A stretch of 64,000 bases of DNA from Leucoraja ocellata (lineage: Eukaryota), in the NCBI GenBank assembly GCA_036785375.1, contig JAWMAR010000325.1, positions 186,001 through 250,000 of the forward strand. The letters run 5' to 3'. The position numbers and the translations under genes were made by a program. Below the pieces are notes generated by a model. The model saw only the letters and a list, made by a program, of their open reading frames with translations, was not told the DNA's origin and ran no database searches. Position 1 is the stretch's first letter. The number at the start of each line of letters is the position of its first letter. Shown piece after piece: positions 37,271 to 50,140 of this stretch.

Positions 37271-40200
37271 AAATATTGAATCATGAAAAAGTACAAAGAT
37301 ATCCCTCTGTATAGGAACAATATGTGGTTTATTTCCTTTAAGACAATGTTCTATGTTCTATTCTTCCTACTGTTGAGGATAATCTCACATTTCCCCAAAT
37401 TACACTAATACCAGATCCAAAGGTCACCTCCAACACAGAGACCAGCTCAGGTCCAAAATGAAGCACAATTCAGATCAAAATACACTCACCTGAATAACTA
37501 ACTGTTCAAAAGCTGTCTGCCTTAAAGCTTGGCTGTATAGCCAAGTATAGTCCAAACATTCACTAGCTGATCATCAACCTTATAACTAGAGCTGAAAAAG
37601 TACGGATGACAGTGTGCTTTCATTTAGTTCACAGAGGTATGTATGAGAGCAATAATGCAATACTGCATTCCTACTTGGTTGAAACCAGTGAGAATTGATG
37701 GGAATCAATGCTGTGCTGCGGTCCGAATAAATGATTAGTAAACGCATCAAATATCCGGTTCTTATCACCCTTTACCTCTGACGGTTTCTCTTTTGAATAG
37801 AATGCAAGAATCAAATGAATCGAAAGCACAGATAAAACCAAACCCCGGTAATTCAACGCACCTGACTCAACCTTGGCTCTGATGTAGTGACTGATAAGCA
37901 CCAAACCCTTTCTCATTTATTTTTGATTCTGGGTTTGTTAACAGTAGGTTAATCATGATGTACTGTTTTATTATAGTGAGCAAATTATTCAGTCCTTTGA
38001 GCCTCCTTTGCCTTAATAGGTCACCTGTAATGCATTATCATTTTCCCACCTTGGAATCGCACAATGTTAGAGCACAAGACACCATACATTGCTGGTCATA
38101 ACTCCTTGAGAATTAATTACACCATCATGCTCTTTTCCTGCGCCTTTGTAATTTAATCCTCAAATATTTAATCAAATTCTCTTTTGAAAGTTACCATTGA
38201 ATTTTCTTCTGACATTCTTTCACCCAATGCATTCATGATCGTAACAACTTTTGTGCAAAACAATCTACCTTTATTTCATAATCTTTGACATCCTTCTCTT
38301 AAGAGAATCTATCAATCTCAGTCCTGTAAACCTAAATTATCTCATCAACATTTATGGCCTATATCTATTTTAGAATTCTATTTCAGTGCCTCTAGAAAAA
38401 GTACTTGCTAATTATCCTTCTAAATGATTTTGCTGTAATTTAAGATTTCCTCGCATTCTGATTCCCTCACTGGAGGAAATTGTTTGTTTGCAGTTTTGCT
38501 ATCAAATCTTTTTGTTATTTAAACATCTCATCCTATCACCATTCTTCTAAATTCAACTGAACACGAGTTTATGCAACGTGTTCTTGTGATTTAACTCTCT
38601 CAGCCCTGGATTTATTATACATCGTTTTAGCCTCAACAAAAAACAAATAACTTCTGCAACAATACAGGTCTGATATTGTGCGATAAACAGTCAATGTTAG
38701 GAATGGGCACAGCCTGAACAATACAGGTGAAACCAGTTCCGATGTTATTGAATACCAGAAGAGCCAGAGGGTCTGTATGGTTTATCAGTATAACCCATTC
38801 TAATACTTCCCTGTATAACAGACTGCTTATGATGCTTCAACTAAGCTCACAAAATACCTGAGCACAATGTGTCATTTTTCCTTAGGTAATAAACCTTGGA
38901 GAACTGCTTCCCTTTAACTCTGTCCTTTTGTGTACGTCCCACTTTGATACCACTACCAGTGGCAGTTGTGCCTTCAGTTCACTTTCTGTCTCTCCATCTT
39001 CCTCTCCTATAAGAAATTTCTTATGAAATGGTTTATAATTTATTACATTTCCATGGGGCTCCGAAGTAAACCTACGTTTTTGCTGAAAGCAATCAGCACT
39101 TTTTTTGAACAATTATTTCACTAAAAGTAACACAACTTTCTTTCTAAAACTGCCTTGTTTCATAGCTGAATCCCAAATCGGCATCATCTTTATCTAAAAT
39201 TCCTTCCATTCTTTATTGTCTTAACTTTTCTCTCCAAGTTTTCATTGCATTAATATCTTGCCTTGTCTATTTCTGTATCAGTTATATTTCAAGTCAAGAG
39301 TCAAGCGTCAAGAGTGTTTTATTGTCATGTCCCACATAGAACAATGAAATTCTTACTTGCTGCAGTACAAAATAATATGCAAACATAGTATGATATGATA
39401 AACGAGAGAGAAAAGAAAAGCTCAGTGTGTTGTAATAAAAGCTTAGTGTGTATATTTTTAATATTTAAACATATATTTTCACCTGCCTTTTCCTGACTGT
39501 TAAAATCTCCCGAATCTTTCAGTTTTGAATAGTTTGTACTCAAACCAACAATTTGTCATTCTTTCTGCAGACATTGACTGTTCCTTTCTCTGTTATACAG
39601 TCCATTTCACAAGTCTGCATATGCAATATTTTCACCTTTTATTGCTTTTCCTTTAGTTACTCCAGAGATTTGCCACTTGTTACAAAGGATTTTTTTTTAA
39701 TATGTAGGCATAGGCTCAAAGTAATACCCTAAGCCTCATCTATTTTCTTCCTTTTAATCTAACGCCTCATTTTTATGATGCATCTTTGACAACATGCCTT
39801 ATTATCTTGATTTCTACAAAATTGGACATTAAGGATGAAAACGGACACAATCTAATTCACAAGGTCGAATCAAGCCTTTTCTGTCCTTCCCTTTTGCACA
39901 ATATATTAAGGCTTCATATTTTAAATCCATTATTACCTGGCATTTAACTTAGAAAATATAGTCTCAGGAACTGAAAAAAAGTTATGTTTTCAATATGCTC
40001 TTGCAATATACAAAGAGATGAACCTGTGCCTGTATGGTTGTTAAAATAAGTTTAAAAATTAACTCTGTTTGAAAACTAATACCTAAAAAACTGTCATGGT
40101 CAATAGTATTCTTGAACAACCTCATTCCAAAAATACCACCACACCAGATAAATGAACAAAATAATGCAATCCTCCTTCTGGGTTACTTCTGACACGTCAC

Positions 40201-41154
40201 AGAAAGGTAGGAATGCTTTATATATGTGTGGGGCCTAAATAACGAATGGAGATAAGCTGAGAACTGAAATGTACAAATGGGTAGGGAAAATAATGACCAA
40301 AAAGAGACCAGATGTAACTGAGATAAAGAAAAAGAAAGATAACCAGAAATTAAATTTCACCCTTTCTTCATCTGCTAAACCTGCATTCAAAATTCCAGGG
40401 AGGAAAGCATGAAATTAGCCCAAAAGACAATGTAACATCATGGTGTATACCCCGAAACATATGCCAAACCTTTGCTAGCTCCCAAAGAAGTCTTCATAAA
40501 TTCAGGTTCAAGTTTTCACCTAGAAATGATTGGTTAATCTGCATTGGGTTAACTTGATTTACGTGAAATTTTTAAATATAAACGAGTGCCACATGATCTA
40601 TTTCCCATGGCTACAGTGTTATAAACCTAAGCCTGTGCAGCTTAAAGAAACATTATCTTGGAGAGTAATTACATTAGCCAAATTATGCCAGGGCAAAGAA
40701 AGTAAATGCTGATAGGAGTTCACATGGAATTGCTTTATTAACTTTAATTTTGGGAGCACTGGAGCTTCCTATCTCTGTGGTTCTTGTTTGGTTTATGTTG
40801 TTAAATTGCCTTAAAGTGGTATGGATGTGCATTTTTAAAAACTTAAACTTGATCAAATACAGCTTGATATGTACTATAATATTACAACCTTTAGCCCGGA
40901 AGAACTAGTCAAGCTATTTGTCTTAATTCTTTATATTGATTTTTGCTTTCATTTATTGTTTGAAGTGAACATGTTTTGATGAGCCCTACACATTCTGATT
41001 GCCACAACATGCATGCCAAATGCACCTTCAAAATTACACAATCAAATCATTAACATGTTAAATCATTGCATAATCTAAATTTAAACAACTCTATACAAGG
41101 AACTGCAGGCTTTTTAAGTAAGATTTTAAAAAATGATGTAAGATTAAAAAATGT

Positions 41155-41352
41155 ATGTATGGAACGAACTGCCAGAGGAGGTCGTTGAGGCAGGGACTAT
41201 CGCAATGTTTAAGAAACAATTAGATGGGTACATGGACAGGACATGTTTGGAGGGATATGGGCCAAATGCAGGCAGGTGGGACTAGTACAGATAGGACACG
41301 TTGGCCGGTGTGGGCTAGTTGGGTTGACGCACGCTGTATGACTCTATGACTA
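41155..41352 (+). mobile_element. CR1-like LINE 3' end
   Basis: tggaacgaactgccagaggaggtcgttgaggcagg...ctgtatgactctatgact. Confidence 0.8.
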
Positions 41353-42649
41353 TAATCAAAATAGTTTGGGTGTTAATCAAGGTTCCACAGAAAAGCCCAT
41401 ACTCAATGATTTTGGTGGCAGATGCTGTCTGTCCCGCTGAGTTACTCCAGCATTTTGTGTCTACCTGCAAATTAATTGACAATGAAAAGCAATCCATCAC
41501 CTTTGCCTTATCCTGCTAGCAAATAGCTAGACAGCTCAGCATAACTGAGGATCCAGGATTAAACTGACAAGAGTCTCCAGTTGTCATATCAGATTCCTTT
41601 GGCACACCCAGTATGTCATGTTTTATTGTAAAACAAAATGCCAGTTAAAACTATTTTGTAAATATATAAAAATAGAAATCTAGTTATTTTCAGCTTGCAT
41701 TTTGACCGGCAGTAAAAAGGAGTGGTTACTAATTCAGAAAAAAAAGGAAACTTCAAAAACAAAACTACTGGAGCAACTCAGGCAACTAAGGGATATTTTA
41801 GGCTGACATTTGGGTTGAGACCCCCTGTATCAGGACTTTGACTATCACAACATTGCAGATTACTTTGCCTCCACAGTTGCTACCTGATCTGTAAAGTTCC
41901 TCCAGCAGTTTATTTTTCTAATCCAGATTGCAACAGCCTCTTTGTGTCATTTTCAAAACCAATACTAGCTTCCAATTAATAAGTCGACTTCCCAAAATGA
42001 ATTTAAGAAGAGAAACTAATTAGTAATTGAACATTAAAACAATTAATTAATTCCAGGAATATCAATTATGTTTAGGTTGATTAGATAAGTAAAATAGAAA
42101 GTGGGCCCTTTGTGGTCTTGCCCTCGATGTAATTAGCAGGCAACTGTTAATCTGCCAGAGTACGCAAATTGACTGCTGTCAACAATAAACAGCTTCTTTG
42201 TTTAGAAATAGTAAATAGTAAATGACAGCTCCTCGGCCAATATTCATGTAAACATCAGTGTGACAGTGCTTTAATAGTGTTATGTTCATGGCTATTCAAA
42301 CTCAAAGTATCCAATTTCATCCATTCACGCCTTGCATTCACTGCAACTCAACTAAAAACTGACATAATTCCCAGCTCAGGATCAAAACATCAAAAAGGTT
42401 TCCCACCTTAATAGCCGAAAATGGAAAAAAATTCCACTTCCCCTCTTCATCTGACTACTCAGTTTCACTCTGCAGTGAGCTCACAGCCTCTTTAGTTCAG
42501 AGGCCAGGTGTCAGCCATTGAATTGCAACCAAGGCCATTAAGAAACATAAAAATGGCGATGAAAGTATGGAATTCCCTCCTATGAAAAGTTAATAAGCCC
42601 ATGGATGAATGAAACATTTTAAAATTAAGACTGATAGACCTTGTTTGAC

Positions 42650-42872
42650 AACATTTTTCTCATAGAGAGTGGTGAGTCTGTGGAATTCTCTGCCTCAAAG
42701 GGCGGTGGAGGCAATGTTCTCTGGATGCTTTCAAGAGAGAGCTAGATAGGGCTCTTAAAAATAGCGGAGTCAGGGGATATGGGGGGAAGGCAGGAACGGG
42801 ATACTGATTGGGGATGATCAGCCATGATCACATCGAATAGCAGTGCTGACTCAAAGGGCCGAATTTGCACCT
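42650..42872 (+). mobile_element. CR1-like LINE 3' end
   Basis: gagagtggtgagtctgtggaattctctgcctca...gatcagccatgatcacat...aagggccgaat. Confidence 0.8.
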
Positions 42873-45324
42873 ATTGTCTATTATAAAGGGGCATTGGACA
42901 AGGTAAGCCACAATCTATGGGGGGGGACAGACGTGGGGCCGCCTGCTGCCACATGTGGCGGCAGGCAGAAGATAGGACTGTTCGGTGGACTTTTGTAACT
43001 TTGTCGGTGCCAGGCACGTGGCAACTATTGTGTGCTGCCCAGGTGAGGTCTGCTGTACGATTTGTATGCAAAACAAACCATTTCACTGTACCAAGCTACA
43101 TGTAAAGCATAATTGAATCATAACTAAAAATGTTTTGAGGTTCTGATTCAACACAAGCTTCCAAGCATCCTGGCTCAGCATGGTTCTTCCAGATTGGGAC
43201 TAGGTGGGCTGGTTATATAAATTCTGAGTAAGGGGATCCATCCAGTACACATTCCTGTGCTTCAAATGAGGAGGACTGGTAGTGTTAATCCATTTTTCAC
43301 AACAAGATTAGCATAATGGATGAATGCCAGTCAGTTAGCCAAAGCTTCTAGCTGCCTGTCCCTTTGATTTCCTCAATCAGTCCCACACAAACCTGTCTCT
43401 CCTACATTGATTGGCCTGATATTAAGTTATTTGCCCTGAAATGATAATGCTGATTCCCTCTCTAAAGACAAAATATTCCCCGAATTTTTGTTTTGTTTTG
43501 TTCTCCGAATTATAGCAGAACTATAATCCTGGATCCATCAGTTTCTTCAATGCAGTGTTATACGGTCACAAGCTCCTACTTTACAGTACAGTAACAGATC
43601 TGTACTCTTCAGAAATTCAGAAAGTGTTAAACATTGACAGACCTGCACCAATAAATTCACTTGTTTAATATTATATTGTGAATCCTACCCCTATCAGTAC
43701 ATCGCAACAGCAGTTTAGACCTGCAATCACCAGGACGTTAGTTCCAAAGATCTCATTTGTACATCTTAAGTTTGACACAGAGTATCCTGAATTGTGTTTC
43801 CAGTAGTTTCCATACTTACAGTTAATAAAATGTTGCCTCGCTTGTTCTAATTTTGTTGAAATCCCTGTAACATTTGTGGTTCAAACTGGGAGAGGGGAAC
43901 CAAAGGTTTGACTGGTATATGTTCATACCTGATGCAGGGTGTTGTTTTAAAATCACAAAAAGTAAAATTTCCAACACGAGGAAAACAAAATGAATATCTT
44001 TGAACTTTAATGGATCCCCTCAGCTCAGTATAAGTCATCCTGTATTAACTCCAAGCAGTGTTTACTTTAATCTTCAGCTAGGATCTTTATAAGAATTGCA
44101 CCTGGAGTTTCAGCAGGAAAATAACTTTTCGGATCAGTTTATATATTTCACATCGTCAAGTCAAGTCAAGTGTCAAGAATCATCGTAACTATCTAACTCC
44201 AGATCTAAGCATTCATCTTTTGACGGACAAGGAAAAAACACTTCAGCCCAAGAGCAATGAAAGAAACACATAAGAACACATTTTGAAAGAGTCAAGTAAA
44301 TACTCAGCCCCTAAAGGGTTAGTAAATCTCGTGGTTAAAAATGCAAAGCTTCACTTACTGCTGACGTTTCACAGGATGCACCATCATGGACTGGGTTTAA
44401 AATCTGAGAGAGCTCAGCACTCAGGCCTTCTCTATCTTATGTATCATTCTAAAATGGTCATATTACTACTGGAGGAAATCCTTTCACAAATGTGAAATGT
44501 AAACGCCTTGTGCACCTCAGACTTAGCAGTAATCATACAGCGGCAGTTATACAACACAACCAGCGAGGTGGCAGAAGTTCCTGCATCACTTAGGGAACTC
44601 TAATGCCTTCGACACCCTGTTTGACTGTGGCTCTGACTGTGTGACTAATACACACATCCTGCTGTGGGAGAGCCAATCCTGTGGTGAAAAGCTACTCCCG
44701 TGGAGCTCCAAACAGTGGCACCAGGAAGATCTGAGGTACTTCAAATTCCTGACTATCTTTAAACCACACCCTTCACAGAAATGAGGAAGGTCTGTTGGAG
44801 ACAAACAGACTAAAATAGTACAGAGCCCACAGGGAATGCCCTGCAGCGGAACTGACCCATTCAGAACTCCAAAGGACAAATTGTACTGCTCCTCCAACTT
44901 TTTAACACTGTCATTGCTGGGAATGGTGGGACAATTTAAACCTAACTTGTGTGAGAAACTCATAGAACCTTGTCATTTGTTTGAAAATACCTTTCAGAAG
45001 AATCAACAAAAGAATTCCTGCTATGTAGAGAATTTTTTTTTTCTATTATGCTAAAAGCTGTGGCACTCAGAATTTAAGGAATCTACATTGAATTAAGATC
45101 TGTGCTGGTGCTGATGTTTCCAAATTCAACCACTTTCTTCTTCAGCAAGCAATGATACCATAAGCTAAAGACATGATATCTTATTTACATCTACATTTTA
45201 CACTTAATTTCACTGGCTGAGGATAAGCCCCTTAACTGTGGTGGAACTGTTGCTGTTGTCCATTTTGGTAAGGCAGCTTCCAAGTACTGAATTCATGTTA
45301 TGTATTTATGAGAATTGATTATGG

Positions 45325-45870
45325 AGTCATAGAGTCATAATGCATGGAAACAGGCCATTCGGTCCAACTTGCCCATGCCGACCCATTTACACTAGTCCCA
45401 CCGGCCTGCATTTGACCGATATCCGTCTAATCTTTTCCTATCCCTATATCTTTCCAAATGTCTTCTAAAGGCTGTTATAGTACCTGCCTCAACAACCTCC
45501 TCTGGCAACTCATTCCATATGCCCACCACCCTCAGTGTGGAAGAAGTTGCCACTCAAGTTTCTATCACTTTTTCCCTCTCACCTTAAACCTACGTGGTTT
45601 TGGTTCTTGATTCCCCTACTCTGGGTAAAAGACTGTGCATCCCTATCTATTCCCTTCATGATCTTATATACTTCCAACAAATCGCCCTCATCCTCCTGCA
45701 TTCTGAGGAATAAAGTTTTAGACTGCCCAACCTCTCCCGATAGCTCAGGTCCTCAGGTCCTGGCAACATCCGTGCAAATCTTCCCTGCCCTCATCCTTGT
45801 AGCAGAATGACCAAAACTGAACACAATACTCCAAATGTGGCCTCAACAACTTCTTGGACGACTGTAACAT
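45325..45870 (-). mobile_element. CR1-like LINE 3' fragment
   Basis: Reverse complement of the 41155 family ((gagtcata)n tail, cctgcctcaacaacctcctctggcaactcattcca). Confidence 0.8.
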
Positions 45871-46046
45871 AACATTATGGTACCGGCAAATGTTATTGAT
45901 TTTCATAATTTACACATCAGGGAAATTATAATCTACTCAGCATACTTCCAATGGAGCAGCGAAAATGCATCAAACAACTATTTTTTGAAGTGCATACATA
46001 ATGCATGTTCACAGAATAAACAGGTTGGTGAGCATTTAGGTAGGCA

Positions 46047-46320
46047 GTGTGTGTGTGTCTGTGTGTGTGCTGAGTGAGAGGCGGAGGCGAGAGAAAGGGG
46101 GAGTGGGCGGAGAAGAGGCAGGGGGAGGGGATGGGGAGAGGGTGGTGATGGAGGAGGGGGTGAGAGAAGGTGAAGGGGAGGGTGAGGGCAAAGGGGGTGA
46201 GGGTTAAGGAGGAGGGGGGGGGAGAAGGAGGGAGGGATGGAAGGAGGGAGGGAAAGGAGGGGAAGCAGAGAGGGGTGGAAGGAGGGAGGGAGGCAAAGAA
46301 GGAAGGAGGGGAAGGGAGAG
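46047..46320 (+). repeat. (GT)n followed by a ~250-bp G/A-rich low-complexity tract
   Basis: Direct inspection; source of spurious Pro/Ser-rich ORF 45926..46402. Confidence 0.85.
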
Positions 46321-49300
46321 ATTTTCTGTAAATTGCTGGACAGGGTACGTAACTTAAAAAAAAAACTAAGTGAAGCAGATATGCTGGCCTGTCATACAAC
46401 ACATTTGCAGATATACGGGATAGGCTGATTCAGTTTCAATATATTTATAGCTCAATCCTAAAAAATGTGCAATCAATTTGTTGCACGTGGGAGGCTTGGA
46501 TTAAGATCAGCATGAACTACAAATATAATAGCTAACTTAGAAATCTTGTCATCACACTCCCATTTGATAAATTGTTGAGTAAGATAACTAAAATGAACAA
46601 AGAGCATGCATATAAACTGAGGAAGAATTTTTTGAAACAGTAAATGCTTGTTTGCAAGAAAAAGATTAAAGGATCTGTATGTCAATATGAGTGATTTAGG
46701 CTGCACATCACATAGTGCACCTGATCATTGATGAAAAGGGATCCTTGATAAGAGCCACTAAATATAATTTAGTATCGTTTAAAGAGATCAAATACTATAT
46801 ACTGAACTGATTCTGTGCTAGATAAAAGGCTCAACTATTGAGGAAGAGGGTGAGTTAAGAGGCTTAAGGGTTGAGAAGGAGACAGGATGCAGAGACAGAA
46901 GGGTTGAGAAAGCATAACTGAGGGTGGGAGAGAATTAAGAGCAAACCTAGTGAGGACTCAGGCGTTGGTGGAAGACAGCTTGGTCAAGTGCACAATTTTT
47001 TGTCTGTCAGTGGTTAGAATGTGCGTGCGACTGTGTGTGTATTTGTCTATGTGTGTCCATATGTGCCTACAATGTGTGATAAATTAGTGTAGCAAAGCCA
47101 TTGAACCAAGACCTGACTGGTAAATCCTTTTGCAGGTTGGTGTGCAAAGTCCACACATATCGAGGGAAATTTTGAAATCTTCCACTTCTTAAAATATTGG
47201 AGCAAGAATAGTCCTCCTCAACTCGAAGTGACTGTGTAAGAAGTCTATCTTTGAGAGAAAATCTTCTCTGACCTCATAAGAGCACATAAAATTGAAAACT
47301 GATGATTATTCATCATTTATTTTGGCAAGGAAATAACGTCTACAGCCTGTCATTGAAGTTCTGCAAAGGGGCATTAAAATATAGGAGGTTCTTAATGACA
47401 ATCAAAATAAGATTATTTTTTTTAAAGAGATGGTAAAATACTAGGGTGCAGCATGTATTAAATTTAAACTCCTATTATTTAATTCCCAAATTTACTCTAA
47501 TGATTAAAACAATTAAACTGCATCTTTTTTTTTGGACTGCCGAAAATTACTGAGCTATATGTTGAAACAATCAATTTTCTTTCTTCTTTTTTGTTTAGTA
47601 ACCTTAGTTGGACTTGTCAATACTCATTTAAGAGTATGATTATATAAGTTATTGAAAGCATGCAAAATAAGCCAAATGGCAGTCTCTCCAGAGAATCTGG
47701 GATCAGTACCAAGGGACAATCAGAACAGTCCAGGTTTACAACAAGAAAGAGCTGTTGAATACAAAGCTCTCATCAGCTATACAGTAAAAAAGAGAAAGAT
47801 ATTTTGGATTATGAAAGAAAAACCAGAAACACAGCAAATCAGTTCTGAAAGGTATAAGTACTAACTTCTGTGATGTGCTTCCTTCAGATTTATATTAAAA
47901 TACAAAAACTTCATCGCATTTTTTGTATTTTCTAGGCTACACGCTGCTTTTTGTCAAGTCAATAGCAATCAGCTCATTGCAGATGACAAACTTTGAATTT
48001 CAGTTCATTTGGGATTTTTGTATTTGCATTTAAATAACACATTTACCTCTTATTATTTTGTGCCATTGGCAATTATTTTGTGCCATTGCTTCTAGTCTAT
48101 TAGAATCTGTGCTACATGTATACACTGTGTTTAAATATCTCAGAAATAATTCATTACTATCCACTTTTTTGTCCTGAGGCAAATAGACTTCATCTGAAGT
48201 TCCTTGTCTCAAACAGCAGTCTGGTCAACACTAACAGGATGACATGAGGAAGTGAGTTCATGTCCAGTGGGATAAACAGCAGGAAATCCTCGTCCAAGGA
48301 CATTGAAAGTTAACCTGCAGCGAATGGTAGCGGTAGTCAAATTCCAATCATAGTTGTCACAGCATTTTATTGTTATTTCTATCATCTCTCAATCTTCTTT
48401 CTTTAGTGGGACTTCTATCCCTTTAAAGGATTCAGTAATTCAGTAAATACAAAAAGAAAAGAAAAGAAAACTCAGCAGGGCAGACATTTGAGGAAAGAAA
48501 AATAGTTTATTTTTCCACAGATGTTGCCTGCCCCGCTGAGTTTTGTCTACATCTTTTGCTTTTATTTTCAGCCTGCATTTTTTAAATTTTCATGATAATA
48601 CAAGACTGACATTTGAAGTAAAAAGGACTGTTCACCTACTCTAGTGCAGTGTTAATAAGACTTTTCACTTCCTGTCAGGATTTGGATTTCATTACTTGTT
48701 TCCTTCTTCTGAAGGTAAAGACATGCTAAATCCATGATACAGGGAATCATTTGGGAGAATTGGAACTTAGTGAATCCTTGTCCAACATTTGTGCCACTCT
48801 ATCTGTGCCATTGGTATTGAGAATGTGCAGTGTTGTAACTGCACAGTAGCTATGTTTAGCCTGTCACTGTATAACTCAATTACTGTGGCAATGTAATTCG
48901 TTTAATTATATTAAAGTCACAGGAAGATAAACCAGAGCAAGCTGACATGGGAAAATAAATGAAGCCAGGTGAGCTGACTCTTATCCAGTTTATACAATCT
49001 CTATCTTGTAGCCTTGCTCTGCCTGATCTATCTTATCTGGCTAAATTCAGCTTTCAGGTCATCCACCCACTTCATTGGCCTAAGGGACTGCATAAACTTG
49101 ACCCAAGGACTTCCCTACTCTTGACCCTAATCAATGAGATAACTATGGTCAGGAAGTTTTACAGAATGGCAGGCCAGAGACAAATTCACTATCATTACAG
49201 AGCCCTGGCTGCTGCTGCCTTACAGTTCCTGTGACCCAGGAGCAACTCTAACCTCCAATGCTGTCTGTGTGGCCCCATTTGTTCCCTATTGTTGCTCCGG

Positions 49301-49485
49301 TTACCTCTCATATATTAATGATTTTGTTAATCGACCACAATAAATCACCCTTAGTACATAGTTGTATGGTAGAATCTAAAGCAAAATGATGGGAACATAG
49401 AGAGAAATGAAAATAATTAGTATAGGATCAGCATTATGAATGCTTGATGATTGACACAGATTTGGTTAGTCAACAGACTCTATGA

Positions 49486-49720
49486 GGTACAGCGCAAGTC
49501 AGACAAAGAGTAAAGCTCTCTCAATAATGTCAGAAATAAAATTCCCAGATCAGGAACAGCAGGGATTTGATTCAGAATAAAGTTCCTTCAAAAAAAATTC
49601 CTAATTTCCACACGAGTGGGCATACACATAGAATAAATCTCCCTTAATCTTTCTCATAAAAAACTCAAAGGTCAGGTGCTGCAGAATACAAGTGGAATTA
49701 TATTTTCTCTAAACATACCG
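49486..49720 (+). repeat. Highly degenerate ~65-bp tandem repeat
   Basis: Recurrent aga(g/a)taaa(g/t)ctc and caggtac-like motifs at roughly 60-70 bp spacing. Confidence 0.45.
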
Positions 49721-49829
49721 TCACTTTCACTCCTTCAACATGATGCCTCGTGCTCGTCCTGGATTAGGTTATGGAAGGGAAAGGCCTTTTCTGATAGAAG
49801 GCATTCTGCAAATATCCTTGCGGTGCAGC

Positions 49830-50140
49830 AGTGCAGCCAGCGGAGTCGCTGATTTATAGTACCAGCAACTTGGGTTCAATTCTGACCGCCAGTTCTGAAT
49901 GTGTGGAGTTTGGACATTGACCCTGTGATCTCATGGGTTTCCTCCCACATCCTAAAATTGTGTGGGTTAGGTAGGTTAATTGGCCACTGTAAATTGTCCC
50001 AAGGTAAAAATATGAAGGGGGAGGAGATGATGGAAACGTTGGAAGAATAAAATGAGCTAAGGTAAGATTTGTGTATGTGCTTGATAATTGGTATGGACTA
50101 AGTGGTCCCAAGTGCCTGCTTCTGTGATACATCTTGATTC
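49830..50140 (+). mobile_element. Older HE1/V-SINE-like SINE
   Basis: gggttcaattctgacc...tgtgtggagttt...ccctgtga...gggtttcctcccacatcc...taaattgtccc. Confidence 0.65.

Noticed and set aside
45926-46428. 158-aa Pro/Ser-rich and 63-aa Gly/Arg/Glu-rich ORFs
   Set aside because: Translation of a purine-rich low-complexity tract; no domain and no splice support.
48650-48850. Faint LF-SINE-like motif on the minus strand
   Set aside because: Similarity is limited to about 25 nt, too short to support by eye.
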